A DNA stretch of 64,000 nucleotides from an uncultured Chloroflexia bacterium (GTDB lineage: Bacteria; Chloroflexota; Limnocylindria; Limnocylindrales; CSP1-4): positions 233,791 to 297,790 of the forward strand of contig CAVQJC010000004.1 of assembly GCA_963712745.1 (NCBI GenBank), read 5' to 3'. This document shows, one piece after another, positions 1-11,116 of this stretch; the stretch's first letter is position 1, and each line of letters starts with the position of its first letter. Made by a program: the position numbers and the translations under genes. The notes beneath the pieces were generated by a model that was given only the letters and a program-made list of their open reading frames with translations, was not told the DNA's origin and searched no databases.

Positions 1-1146
1 GACGTGGAGCCCGGCCGCGTGGTCCGCCTCGAGGGCACGGTCACCTCGCTGACCCACGCCCAGGGCATCGAGATGATCGAGATCGCCGAGGGCGGGCCCG
101 GGGACATCGTGGCCGTGGCGGGCCTGCCCGAGATCACCATCGGCGACACCGTCACCGAGCCCGCCGACCCGCGTCCATTGCCCCGCCTGAGCGTGGACGA
201 GCCGACCCTGCGCATGACCTTCGGGGTCAACACTTCGCCCATGTCCGGCCGCGAAGGCAAGCTACTCACCTCGCGACAGATCCGCGCGCGCCTGGAACGC
301 GAAGTGCTGGGCAACGTAAGCATCGAGTTCCACCCCACCGGGTCCGCTGAGACGTTCGAGGTGCGTGGCCGCGGTGAGCTCCAACTGGCCGTGCTCATCG
401 AGCAGATGCGCCGCGAAGGCTTCGAGCTGCAGGTATCCCGGCCGGAGGTGCTGCTCCACCGCGTCGATGACCAGATACACGAACCCTACGAGCGGGTCAG
501 CATCGATATCCCTCCCGAGCACATCGGCACGGTCACGGCCTCGCTCGCAGCCCGTCGGGCTCGGGTCGAGCAGATGACCACCGATGCGGATGGACGCACG
601 CGCATCGAGGCCATCATGCCCACCCGCGGACTCGTCGGCTACCGCGGCCAGTTCCTGACCGAGACCCGCGGCACCGGCCTGCTGCACCAGATCGGCGAGG
701 GCTACGGACCCTGGGCCGGCGAGGTCGAGCACCGCACCAGCGGGGTGCTGGTGGCCGACCGGTCGGGCACCACCAACGCCTACGGGCTCTTCAACCTGCA
801 GGAGCGGGCCGCGCTCCTGGTCGGCGCGGGCGTGCCCGTCTACGAGGGCATGATCGTGGGCGAGAACTCGCGGCCAGGGGACATGGACGTGAACCCCACC
901 AAGGAGAAGAAGCTCACCAACATCCGCACCCACTCGCATGACGACGCATTGCGCCTGACGCCGCCGCCGCCGATGACGCTGGAGTCGGCCATCGAGTTCA
1001 TCGCGGCCGACGAGCTGGTCGAGGTGACGCCCCAGTCGATCCGGCTGCGCAAGCGGCTGCTGAGCCAGCACGATCGGCGGCGTGAGCGCGGCCGCGACGA
1101 AGACCTGCGACGGTCCAAGGAGCGGGAGGCTGCGGCGGCCCGCTAG
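1..1146 (+). CDS. typA: Translational GTPase TypA/BipA, C-terminal part (5' truncated by window)
   Basis: Motifs GRGELQLAVLIEQMRREGFEL, VYEGMIVGENSR, KKLTNIR and ELVEVTPQSIRLRK. Confidence 0.96.
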   Translation, partial: DVEPGRVVRLEGTVTSLTHAQGIEMIEIAEGGPGDIVAVAGLPEITIGDTVTEPADPRPLPRLSVDEPTLRMTFGVNTSPMSGREGKLLTSRQIRARLEREVLGNVSIEFHPTGSAETFEVRGRGELQLAVLIEQMRREGFELQVSRPEVLLHRVDDQIHEPYERVSIDIPPEHIGTVTASLAARRARVEQMTTDADGRTRIEAIMPTRGLVGYRGQFLTETRGTGLLHQIGEGYGPWAGEVEHRTSGVLVADRSGTTNAYGLFNLQERAALLVGAGVPVYEGMIVGENSRPGDMDVNPTKEKKLTNIRTHSHDDALRLTPPPPMTLESAIEFIAADELVEVTPQSIRLRKRLLSQHDRRRERGRDEDLRRSKEREAAAAR

Positions 1147-1170
1147 GACCTTGGCCGTATCATCTCCGCC

Positions 1171-2349
1171 GTGACCGTCTATCTCGACCACGCCGCCTCC
1201 GCCCCGTTGCGCCCCGAGGTGCTGGAGCAGATGTTGCCCCACCTCTCAGGGGTCCAGGCCAACCCGTCCTCCCCTCATGGGCCCGGACGCCGGGCACGCA
1301 TGGCGCTCGACGAAGCCCACGAGCGACTCGCGCGCGCCGTCGGCGCCGAGCCGCGCACGCTCGTCTTCACCGGTGGCGGCACGGAGGCCATCAACCTCGC
1401 GGTCAAGGGCGCTGCCTGGGCCGGCAAGGCGGAGGGCCACCGCATCGTCACCAGCGCGGTCGAACACAAGGCCGTGCTGGAGTCGTGTCTGCTGCTGGAG
1501 AAGTACGGCTTCGAGGTGCGGAGGCTGCCGGTCGACCGTTACGGGCGCGTAGACCCGGACGAGCTCACCGCGGCGCTGACGGACAAGACCGTGCTGGTGA
1601 GCCTGCAGTGGGCCAGCAACGAGGTGGGCACGATCCAGCCCCTGGCCGAGCTCATCACACGGGTGCGGACCGGCTGCCACGCGCGCGTCCACGTCGATGC
1701 CGTCCAGGCTGCTGCCTGGCTGCCGCTCGACGTGGAGACCATGGACGCCGACCTGGTCACCCTGGCTGCCCACAAGGTCGAAGGGCCCAAGGGCACCGGC
1801 GCCCTGTGGGTCCGTCGCGGCACGGCCATCCTGCCCCAGGTGCACGGTGGCTCGCAGGAGCGCTACCGCCGCGCCGGGACCGAGAACGTGGCTGGCGCCG
1901 TGGGCATGGCCGCTGCCTTCGAGCTGGCTGCCGCCGAGCGCGAGGCGACGACAGCCGCGGTGAGAGCGCGCCGGGACCGGCTGCGCGAGGCCTTGCTCGC
2001 CCTCGACGGGGTGGAGCTGACCGGCCACCCCACCGAACGGCTGCCCAACTCGCTATCGCTGGTGGTGCGCGACGTGTCCGGCGACGACATCGTCATCGCG
2101 CTCGACCTCGATGACGTGGCCTGCTCGACCGGCTCCGCCTGCACCAGCGGCTCGACCGAGCCCTCGCACGTGCTGAGCGCGATGGGCTACCCGCCGGCCG
2201 AGGCCAGGGGTGCGCTGCGCCTGTCCCTGGGGCGTACGACCACGGACGCCGAGGTCGCGACGGCGCTCGCTGCGCTGCCCGCGGTCATCGAGCGACTGCG
2301 GCAGGGCGAGGCCCGCCTGACCGGCGGGGCAGGGGAGCCCGGGTCGTGA
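1171..2349 (+). CDS. iscS: Cysteine desulfurase (IscS/NifS family)
   Basis: [13 protein letters not shown]-lysine, RAGTENV and [10 protein letters not shown]; directly upstream of mnmA. Confidence 0.95.
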   Translation: MTVYLDHAASAPLRPEVLEQMLPHLSGVQANPSSPHGPGRRARMALDEAHERLARAVGAEPRTLVFTGGGTEAINLAVKGAAWAGKAEGHRIVTSAVEHKAVLESCLLLEKYGFEVRRLPVDRYGRVDPDELTAALTDKTVLVSLQWASNEVGTIQPLAELITRVRTGCHARVHVDAVQAAAWLPLDVETMDADLVTLAAHKVEGPKGTGALWVRRGTAILPQVHGGSQERYRRAGTENVAGAVGMAAAFELAAAEREATTAAVRARRDRLREALLALDGVELTGHPTERLPNSLSLVVRDVSGDDIVIALDLDDVACSTGSACTSGSTEPSHVLSAMGYPPAEARGALRLSLGRTTTDAEVATALAALPAVIERLRQGEARLTGGAGEPGS

Positions 2350-3461
2350 CTCGCCAGCGCGTGCTGGCCGCGATGTCAGGCGGCGTGGACTCCTCGGCAG
2401 CGACGGCACTGCTCGTGGAACAGGGACACGACGTGGTCGGCGTGTGGATGCGCCTGCACGACGCGGCCGACAGCTACAGCACCACCAACCGCTCGTGCTG
2501 CTCCCTCGACGCCGCCGAAGACGCCCGTCGAGTGGCGGGCCAGCTGGGCATCCCGTTCTACGTGCTCAACCTCGAGCGCGAGTTCGCGGCCGGCGTGATG
2601 GAGCCGTTCTTCGCGGCCTATCTCGACGGGCGCACGCCCAGCCCCTGCGTGGAGTGCAACTCCCTGGTGAAGTTCGGAGCCCTGCTCGGACGAGCTCGCC
2701 ACCTCTATGACTGTGACGCGGTGGCCACCGGCCACTACGCCCGCATCGAGCGAGGCGATGATCCCGTGGGCCGGCCGCGATATCGTCTCCTGACCGGGCG
2801 AGACGAGGACAAGGACCAGACGTACTTCCTCTACGGGCTCGACCAGGAGCAGCTGGCCCACACCCGCTTCCCCCTGGGCGAGCTGACCAAGCCCGAGGCA
2901 CGCGCGGTCGCCCGCCGCCACGGGCTCGTCACCGCCGACAAGCCGGAGAGCCAGGAGATCTGCTTCGTCCGCGATGGCGACTATCGCACCGAGCTCCAGC
3001 AGCGCACCGAGTGGCGTCCCACCCCCGGACCGCTCGTCGACGCTGACGGCGAGACCGTCGGTGAGCATGTCGGCGCTCCTGCGTACACCGTGGGCCAGCG
3101 CAGCGGGCTCGGCGTGGCCCTCGGCGAGCGCCAGTACGTGGCTGCCATCGACCCGGGCGCCAACCTGGTGACGCTGGGGCGACGAGAGGACCTCTACCGT
3201 CGCTGTTTCGGAGTGACCGAGGCTTCGTTCATCGACGAGCGCCCCACGGAGCCGTTCCGGGCCCGTGTGCGCATCCGCCACCGCGCCGACCTGGTCCCGG
3301 GGCTTGTCCGCCCGGCCCCTGGTGTCGAGGGTGCCTGGCGGGTCGAGCTGGAGCGAGCGGCCTGGGCGCCGGCCCCCGGACAGGCGGCCGTGTTCTACGA
3401 CGACGCTGATGCGGTCATCGGGGGCGGACGCATCGACGTGTCCACCGACCGGGCCGCCTGA
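2346..3461 (+). CDS. mnmA: tRNA 2-thiouridine(34) synthase MnmA
   Basis: [38 protein letters not shown] and PGQAAVFY. Confidence 0.97.
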   Translation: MTRQRVLAAMSGGVDSSAATALLVEQGHDVVGVWMRLHDAADSYSTTNRSCCSLDAAEDARRVAGQLGIPFYVLNLEREFAAGVMEPFFAAYLDGRTPSPCVECNSLVKFGALLGRARHLYDCDAVATGHYARIERGDDPVGRPRYRLLTGRDEDKDQTYFLYGLDQEQLAHTRFPLGELTKPEARAVARRHGLVTADKPESQEICFVRDGDYRTELQQRTEWRPTPGPLVDADGETVGEHVGAPAYTVGQRSGLGVALGERQYVAAIDPGANLVTLGRREDLYRRCFGVTEASFIDERPTEPFRARVRIRHRADLVPGLVRPAPGVEGAWRVELERAAWAPAPGQAAVFYDDADAVIGGGRIDVSTDRAA

Positions 3462-3481
3462 GCGACGCGGCGAGCGCCGGC

Positions 3482-3814
3482 ATGGACGACGGCCTGGCCA
3501 CCTTCGTGCTCAGTCCCGCCTTCGTGCTTTCCCTGCTCGTCGGTGCCTTCCACACCTGCATCTACATCTTCGTTCGCGGCAACCTCGGCTGGCATATCCC
3601 GGCGGTCCTGGTCGGAGGCATCCTGGGAGCCCTGGTGGGGCAGGCCATCGGCGCCCGAGTCGGCGACCCGTTGCGTATCGGCGACTACAGCCTGCTGTGG
3701 GCTTCGGCGATCGCCTGGATCGGCATCGGGCTGGCCATCGTGCTCAGCACGCTATCGGCACGCAAGGCGGAGCCCGATCCCGGAGGCGGCCGGATCCGCG
3801 CTCGCCGCGACTGA
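3482..3814 (+). CDS. Small membrane protein, hypothetical (about 3 TM)
   Basis: 110-aa ORF with three hydrophobic helices; typical codon usage. Confidence 0.7.
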   Translation: MDDGLATFVLSPAFVLSLLVGAFHTCIYIFVRGNLGWHIPAVLVGGILGALVGQAIGARVGDPLRIGDYSLLWASAIAWIGIGLAIVLSTLSARKAEPDPGGGRIRARRD

Positions 3815-3836
3815 CACTCGGCCCCCACGGGGGCGG

Positions 3837-4586
3837 TCAGCGCGTGAGACCAGCCCTTTCCGCTTCCTCCGCCTCGACCTCCGCCACTGCCTGCTCGTGC
3901 GGTTCGATGGCCGCCACCACGCCACCCATGCCGATGACCGCGGGCTTGACCGGCGCCTCCCTGGCCCGCGTCCTGTCGCGCCGGCGCTGGATGAAGTAGA
4001 TACCGCCGGCCAGGAGCGCGGAGAGGAAGAAGCCGAAGACCATGGCCAGCCAGGGCTGATCCTGGATGAGCGCACCTCCGATGAACCCCGGTAGCGCGGC
4101 CTGGAGGGCCCAGATGACCGCAGCGATAAGGTCGTAGAGGACGAACTGCGGCCAGCTGAAGCGGAGCACACCGGCACCGACGGCCACGGCTGTCCGTCCA
4201 CCCGGCACGAAGCGTCCGATGATGACGAACGTGCCCCCGCGCCGGTCGAACTGCTCCTGCACGACCTCGAGCTGCTCGGTGTTGCCGCGCAGGACCTTCT
4301 CCACCAGCGGGCGACCGGCTGCCCGGCCGATCCAGTAGGCGATGTTGTCACCGACGAAGGCGCCCAGGCCGGCCGCGACCATGACCCACAGGATGTTGAG
4401 GGTGCCCTGCCCGGCGAGCACGGCGGCCGCGGTGACAGTGCCCTCGGCGGGGATGACGGGCAGGAGCACGTCGATGGCGGCCATGGCGAAGATGACGAGG
4501 TAGGTGACGGGCGAGTCGGTGACCATGGCGGTCAGCGAGTCGATCAGCTCGGTGGCACGCGTGAGGAGGTCGGTCAGTGTGTCCAT
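3837..4586 (-). CDS. DedA family membrane protein
   Basis: LPVIPAEG, GAFVGDNIAYWIGR and GRFVPGGR DedA motifs; start placed at MDTLTD. Confidence 0.92.
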   Translation of the reverse strand: MDTLTDLLTRATELIDSLTAMVTDSPVTYLVIFAMAAIDVLLPVIPAEGTVTAAAVLAGQGTLNILWVMVAAGLGAFVGDNIAYWIGRAAGRPLVEKVLRGNTEQLEVVQEQFDRRGGTFVIIGRFVPGGRTAVAVGAGVLRFSWPQFVLYDLIAAVIWALQAALPGFIGGALIQDQPWLAMVFGFFLSALLAGGIYFIQRRRDRTRAREAPVKPAVIGMGGVVAAIEPHEQAVAEVEAEEAERAGLTR

Positions 4587-4747
4587 CGGTGCGGGCAAGA
4601 CTAGCGCCCTACCACGCTGGAGGAACGATGACGACGAGCGAAGCACCCACGGCCTCGTTCATCCCCGCGTCCATCCTGCCCAGTCGTTCCATCAGAATCC
4701 GGACACGCATTGCAGGCCGCCATCGGTGGCCGCCATACTGTCGAGTC

Positions 4748-7127
4748 ATGAGCACATCGCGCGACTCCACCGGCGCTGCCGAGCCCACCCAGGCGCAGAA
4801 GCCCGACAGCGAAGCGAAGCCGGGCGACCAGCCGGATCGAGGATCCCGAGCCCGTCGAAGACCTCGACCGAACTGCATTCGAGAAGCGACTCGGAACCAC
4901 GCCCCAGAAGCCCGGGCTCCTGCACCGCATCGCATCGGTCTGGAAGGATGAGTACGACACGGCCATGAACTGGCCGCGCGGCAAGCGACACCTCGTCATA
5001 CGCGGCTTGACCCTGCTCATCGTCAACACCATCGCCCTGCTGCTGGTGGCGGCGGTCATGGACGGCATCAGCTTCACCGGGGATCTGTGGAACATCGTCC
5101 CCGCCGCGCTGGTGACCCTCGTCGCAGGCGCTATCACGTTCCTGTTCCGACCGGTCGTGTTCGTGGCCCTCGGCATCAACAACGTCATCGTCACCGCGCT
5201 GCTGACCGTCCTCTCCATGGGCTTGACGCTGCTCGTCGCCAGCTGGCTCGTCAGGGGCATCGAGATCGATGGCTTCATCCCGGCCTTCGTCGCCTCGATC
5301 CTCATCGCGGCCGTCAACACCGTCATCGTGGCCATCATCGGTCTCGACGAGGACGAGTCGTTCTTCCGCCACTCGATGAAACGCATGGCGCGCGTCAGCG
5401 GCGACGTGGATGATCGACCGGGCCCGGGCTTCATCATCATCCAGATCGACGGCCTAAGCGAGCCAGTCATGCGCAACGCGCTGCGCACCGGCTACATGCC
5501 CTTCCTTAATGACTGGCTGGCCAGCGGCAGCCATCGGCTGGGCAAGTACGAAGCGCTCGCGCCGTCGATGACCAGCGCCGGCCAGGTCGGCCTCCTCCAT
5601 GGCGCACAGCCGGGCATCCCGGCCTTCCGCTGGTGGGAGAAGGAACGCAACTACCTGATGGTCTCGAACCATCCCGACGACGCCTTCGAGATCGAGCGGC
5701 GGTCATCGAACGAGAACGATCTGCTCAAGGACGGCGGGACAAGCATCAGCAACCTCGTCTCCGGCGGAGCCACGCGTGCCATCGCCACCAATAGCCAGTT
5801 GGCCAAGAGCGGGCAGGGCCTGCAGATGAAGTCGTTCAGCATGTTCCTCTACAACCCCTACAACCTCACGCGCGGCGCGGCGCAGTTCGTGGGCTCGGTC
5901 ATCAACGAGTACTTCCAGGCGCGACGCCAGCGCACCCGCGATGTGAAGCCGCGCATCGCGCGCGGCATGCCCTTCCCCTTCCTCAAGGCCAGCACGACCA
6001 CCATCATGCGCGACATGCTCGTCGACCTCATCATCGGCGAGATGGGCCGCGGCACTCCGATCGTCTACGCCGACTACCTCGGCTACGACGAGGTCGCCCA
6101 CCACGCCGGTCCCGAGCGGCCGGAGACGATGCAGCAGCTCGACGCGGTCGACCGCATCATGCGCTCACTCAGCCGAGCCGCCGAGGACGCCCCGCGCGAG
6201 TACCACTTCATCCTCGTCTCCGACCACGGTCAGACCCAGGGCGCACCGTTCGAGGATCGCTATGGCATCGGGCTCGAAGAGCTCACCCGGAGCCTGATGG
6301 AGGGAGATGTCTCAAGCCTCGATGCCAGCAATGACGTCGAGGGCTGGGGCCCGGTCAACACCTTCCTGACCGAGGCCAGCCGTGCTCCCGGTGCCAGCGG
6401 CAAGGTCGTCCAGCGTGCCCTTCGCAGCGATACCACCGACGGCGTGGTGGGCCTCGGCGATACCGAGGCCTTGCACAAGGGCGCCGAGCTCAAGACGGCC
6501 GACGGCGACGAGGACGAGATCCCCGACCTGGTCGTGGCCGCCTCCGGCAATCTGGCCAACATCTACTTCACCGAGATCCGCGAGCGGGTCAGCCTCGAGG
6601 GTATCGCCAAGATGCACCCCGAGCTCATGCCGGGGCTTGTCCGGCATGAGGGCATCGGTTTCATCATGGTCCATTCCGAGGAACACGGCCCCCTGGTCAT
6701 CAGCGCCCGCGGCGTGCGCAACCTCGAGACGGGCGAGGTCGAGGGCGAGGACCCCCTCGAGCATTTCGGCGAGCACGCCGCGGCGAACCTCAAGGAGCTC
6801 GACAGCTACAAGCACATCGGCGACATCTTCGTCATCAGCATGTATGACCCCTCGACCGACGAGGTCGCCCCGTTCGAGCACCAGGTCGGTTCCCACGGCG
6901 GCCTCGGAGGCATGCAGACCAAGGCCTTCGTGATGTATCCGGCCGCCTTCGCCACGCAGGACAAGACCGTGGACCTGGTGGGCGCGCCCGCCGTCAACCA
7001 CAAGTTCCATGAGTGGATCGGCCGGGCCAAGGAGATGTACGCGGCGGGCGAGACGCCCGAGACCAAGCCGGCCGAAGCGGAGCAGGAGCTGCCGTCCGTG
7101 CTGCGAGGGGAGACCGAGGCCGCCTGA
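4748..7127 (+). CDS. 4TM phage-holin-like membrane domain fused to alkaline-phosphatase-superfamily (type I phosphodiesterase) domain; apparent frameshift near 4833
   Basis: IIQIDGL, PSMTSAGQ, GYDEVAHHAGP, LVSDHGQ and GSHGGLGG. The main ORF 4965-7127 stays open upstream to about 4835. ATG 4748 follows a CATACT -10-like box. Confidence 0.85.
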
Positions 7128-7157
7128 TGGCCAGCCCGGCGGCGCTCCGGTTCGTGG

Positions 7158-8042
7158 CTAGCGGACGACCGTGCCCTCCGGCAACACCGGCAGGATGAGC
7201 ATGTACTTGCCATCCCGTCGCGGGTACCGGGCCCGGGGTCGCTGGTACGGAAGATAGTCCTCCTGGAGCTTGCCCACCGGCACCAGCGAGTCGGGCGGGC
7301 GTGATGCGCCCCAGATGGTGCTCACATAGGGGTACCACGTGTCCTGGATGTAGACGGCCTTGACCCGGAAGTCCTTGTCGTAGGCCGGATCGGCCGTGGC
7401 CGTGAAGCCGGACATGACCCAGGAATGGGCCCCACGCCATGTCACCAGCCCGACCGGCTTGTTGGTCATCCGCAGCGCCCTGGCGGCCTTGCGGATGGCG
7501 CTCTTCAGCGTGGGGGCGCCGACGACCTCGTAGGGTCCGTAGCCGCCCGTGTTGAGCAGCTCCTTCCAGCCGGTGAGGTCGACGCCGATGGGTCCCAGCT
7601 TGACCTTGTTGGGCGAGAGCCTGCGTCCTCGCTCGTAGAGCCGCTCCTGGAACCTGACCGAGCGGTTGGGCTCCGAGTCGATGATGTTCATCATCGTCTG
7701 GGTCGAGCCGGCCACACACCAGTCCTTGGTGGCCTGGTGCATGAAGTCTCCCTTGCGGTAGAGGTCGAGGTCGAACGGGCCAGGCTTGGGGCGCGGCTTC
7801 AGCTTCATCGTCTTCAGCTTGGCCTCGACCCTGTGGGGGTTCGTCTCGGACGCCGAGCGTGGCCGTGGCGTGACACTCGGGGCAGCGACCGGTGGAGCCG
7901 TGGGGACCTCGTCGCGAGCACGCTCGGTCGGCGGGACGGCCAGGAGGTTTGCCGGCAGCGCCGAGCAGGAACTCGCGACGAAGGCACCAACCAGTGCCAA
8001 GGCGAGCACACGGCCCGCAGAGGCGAGATCGTCGACACGCAT
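7158..8042 (-). CDS. Putative lipoprotein with papain-like (C39-type) peptidase domain
   Basis: Lipobox-like FVASSC; Q-x4-WC (HQATKDWCVAG), GAHSWV and YIQDTWYP fit a Cys-His-Asp arrangement. Confidence 0.6.
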   Translation of the reverse strand: MRVDDLASAGRVLALALVGAFVASSCSALPANLLAVPPTERARDEVPTAPPVAAPSVTPRPRSASETNPHRVEAKLKTMKLKPRPKPGPFDLDLYRKGDFMHQATKDWCVAGSTQTMMNIIDSEPNRSVRFQERLYERGRRLSPNKVKLGPIGVDLTGWKELLNTGGYGPYEVVGAPTLKSAIRKAARALRMTNKPVGLVTWRGAHSWVMSGFTATADPAYDKDFRVKAVYIQDTWYPYVSTIWGASRPPDSLVPVGKLQEDYLPYQRPRARYPRRDGKYMLILPVLPEGTVVR

Positions 8043-8267
8043 GAGGCCCAGACCGTATCGGTCGCCGAGCCGCCTGTGGGCCTTCGCTCAGGAATCTTCA
8101 CCCAAGCCTGTCTTCGGACAGGCGGGCCCAAGCTGCTTTCCTCCGGCGGACACTGCGTTGACGCCACCCCTGCCATCAGTGACCGGTGGCTGGCTCGGAT
8201 GCCTACGGGACCGAGGGCGCCGAGAGCGACGGGGGCGTCGACGACTGACCGAGGTGCGCGACTCGAT

Positions 8268-8328
8268 GCCCGCGGGAGCGAGGCTCCCGCGGGCTTGACT
8301 TTGTGCTGCCTGCCGCGTTCGCTACACT
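8268..8328 (+). promoter_or_regulatory. Perfect 12-bp hairpin followed by sigma70-type promoter for alaS
   Basis: gcccgcgggagc-gag-gctcccgcgggc at 8268-8294; TTGTGC-N16-TACACT at 8301-8328. Confidence 0.5.
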
Positions 8329-8374
8329 CGCGGTGATGCCAGAACAACACGACCGGGCCGCCCCGGAGGCCCGG

Positions 8375-11103
8375 ATGCAGCCCCTGTCCGCGGACGAGAT
8401 CCGCGCCCGCTTCCTGCGTTTCTTCGAGGAACGCGGCCATGAGGTCGTGCCCAGCGCCAGCCTGGTGCCCGGCGGTGACCAGACGCTGCTCTTCACCAAC
8501 AGCGGCATGGTCCAGTTCAAGGACGTCTTCCGCGGCGTCGAGAAGCGGTCATACACGCGAGCGGTCGACTCTCAGCGCTGCCTGCGCGTGGCCGGCAAGC
8601 ACAACGACTTCGAGGAGGTCGGGCGCACACCGCGGCACCACACGCTCTTCGAGATGCTCGGGAGCTGGTCCTTCGGCGACTACTTCAAGCGCGAGGCCAT
8701 CCACTGGGCCTGGGAGTTCCTGACGCAGGACCTGGGCATCCCCGGGGACCGGCTGGCGGCCACCACCTACACCGACGACGAGGAATCGTGGGCCATCTGG
8801 CGCGACGAGATCGGCCTGCCGCCCGACCGCATGGCCCGCTGGGGTGACGTGGACAAGGGCGACGACCACAACTTCTGGCGCATGGCCGACACCGGCCCCT
8901 GCGGCCCCAACAGCGAGATCCACTTCGATCGCGGTGAGCATCTCTCGGAGGGGCCCGGCTGCGTGCCAGATCACACCGAGACCTGTCCGCGCTGGCTCGA
9001 GATCTGGAATCTCGTGTTCATGGAGTTCGATCAGCCGGTCGACGGTCCGCGCACGGAGCTGCCCTTCAAGTCCGTCGACACCGGCATGGGCCTCGAGCGC
9101 CTCGCCTCGGTGCTGCAGGACGTGCCCAGCAACTACGACATCGACCTCTTCGCGCCTATCCACGAGCGCATGCGCGAGCTGCTCGGACACGATCCCGAGG
9201 CCTTCGAGAGCGAGCGCTTCAGCTACCAGGTCATCGCCGACCATTCGCGCGCCATCACCTTCCTCATCGCCGACGGCGTGACCCCTTCGAACGAGGGTCG
9301 CGGCTACGTGCTGCGCCGTATCGTCCGGCGCGCCGTGCGGCACGGCCGCCTGCTGGGGCGTCACGAGCCGTTCCTCGAGCACACCGCGGCGGTGGTCATC
9401 GATCTCATGGGTGAGGCCTACCCCGTCCTGGTCGAGCGCCGCGAAGCCATCCTCGGCACCATCGTGCGCGAGGAGACCGCCTTCGCCCGCACGCTCGATG
9501 CGGGCACCATCCAGCTGGAGGAGGCGCTCATCGGGCTGACCAGCGCCGAGCGCGTGGTAGGCCGCCGCCCCGAGGAGGTGCCGGCGGATGCGCCCGAGCT
9601 TGACGGGGAGACGGCCTTCCGCCTGCACGACACGTATGGCTTCCCCATCGACCTGACCATCGAGTTGGCGGCCGAGTACGGCGTGCGCGTCGACCGCGTG
9701 GGCTTCGAGGCTGCGCTCCAGCAGCAGCGTCAGCGGAGTCGCTCGGGCAAGAAGCTGGACCTCGCCCGCCAGGCCGAGCAGACCGCGCTCTTCGACGGCA
9801 TCGCCCGGCGCGTCGGCGATACCGTCTTCCACGGCTACCAGACGACCACGCACCCCGGTCGCGTCGTGGGCATCGTTCGTGACACCACCGAGTACGAGGA
9901 GCTCGAGGCGCGCGGCGACATCGAGGGCCGCACCGACACGTCGGCGGAGGCCCGCATCGTCCTCGACCAGACGCCCTTCTATGCCGAGGGCGGCGGGCAG
10001 ATCGGGATCGCGGGGTCTTCCGCGATGACGCTGGCCAGGTGGCCTTCAGCGTCGAGGACACGCAGCGGCCGGTGGCGGGGCTGGTGGTCCACCACGGCCG
10101 GCTCCACGGCAGCATCGCCTTGGGCCAGGAGGTGAGTGCGGAGGTCGATCCGGAGCGGCGGGCGCGCACGATGCGCAACCACACCGGCACGCACGTGCTC
10201 CACCGGGCCTTGCGCAACACGCTCGGCGATTCCGCCCGGCAGGCCGGTTCGCTGGTCACGCCCGACTACCTGCGATTCGACTACCCCTCCGACCGCGGAC
10301 TCACACCCGATGAGCGCGGCACCATCGAGCAAGAGGTGCGCCGCGTCATCCGCGAAGACCGGCCAGTCACGCCCGAGCACATGTCGATGGCCGAGGCCCA
10401 GGCGGCCGGGGCCGACGCGTTCTTCGACGAGAAGTACGGGGAGACGGTGCGCACGGTCCGGGTCGAGGGCTACAGTCACGAGCTCTGCGGCGGTACACAC
10501 TGCCGCGCCACGGGCCAGATCGGCGGCTTCATCATCACCGGCGAGCGCTCGATCGGCTCCGGCATGCGTCGCATCGAGGCCGTCACCGGCGAGGCCGCCG
10601 AAGCCCTCACCGAGGAGCGCTTCCGCCTGCTCGAGGCCGCCACCACCGCGGCCGGGGCGCAGACCAGCGAACAGCTGGTGGCGCGCATCGAGGAGCTCAG
10701 GGAGAAGAAGCGCCAGGCAGCTGCGCAGCAGACCGGCCTGCTGCCGACCGCACAGGCCGCGGTCAAGACCGCCGAGCTGCTGCACAAGGGCGCTTTCGTC
10801 TCGATGATGGGCGGGTTCCGCTCGATGGATGAGCTGCGGGCCTGGGCCAAGGAGGTGCGAGGGGCCATGAAGAGCGGCGTCATCGCGGCCGGGCTCGACG
10901 ATCCCGACAAGCCACAGCTCTTCGTGACCGTCAGCGACGACCTCATCGAGCAGGGCCTCGACGCGGGCGAGCTGGTCAGGGACGCAGTCAGCGAAGCCGG
11001 GGGCAAGGGCGGCGGCAAGGCCGGCATGGCGCAGGGCAAGGTGCCCGAGCCTGATGCGCTCCAGGTCGCGTTCCAGAGGCTGCGCGAGCGACTGCAGGGG
11101 TAG
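8375..11103 (+). CDS. alaS: Alanine--tRNA ligase (one apparent 1-nt frameshift near 10006)
   Basis: TLLFTNSGMVQFK, HHTLFEMLG, DTGMGLERL, TPFYAEGGGQIG, NHTGTH and ELCGGTH. Adding one G in atcgggatcg joins the two ORFs (GQIGDRGVF). Alternative start 8336. Confidence 0.95.
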
Positions 11104-11116
11104 GGGCGGCCAGAGC

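Noticed and set aside
8043-8374. T-box riboswitch upstream of alaS
   Set aside because: No T-box consensus (AAGGTGGxACC-like) or terminator found, and a -10 box lies very close to the start.
8375-11103. alaS as a split gene, pseudogene or programmed frameshift
   Set aside because: One missing G in a G-run restores the conserved GGGQIGDRG; the gene is essential and similar indels occur throughout the window.
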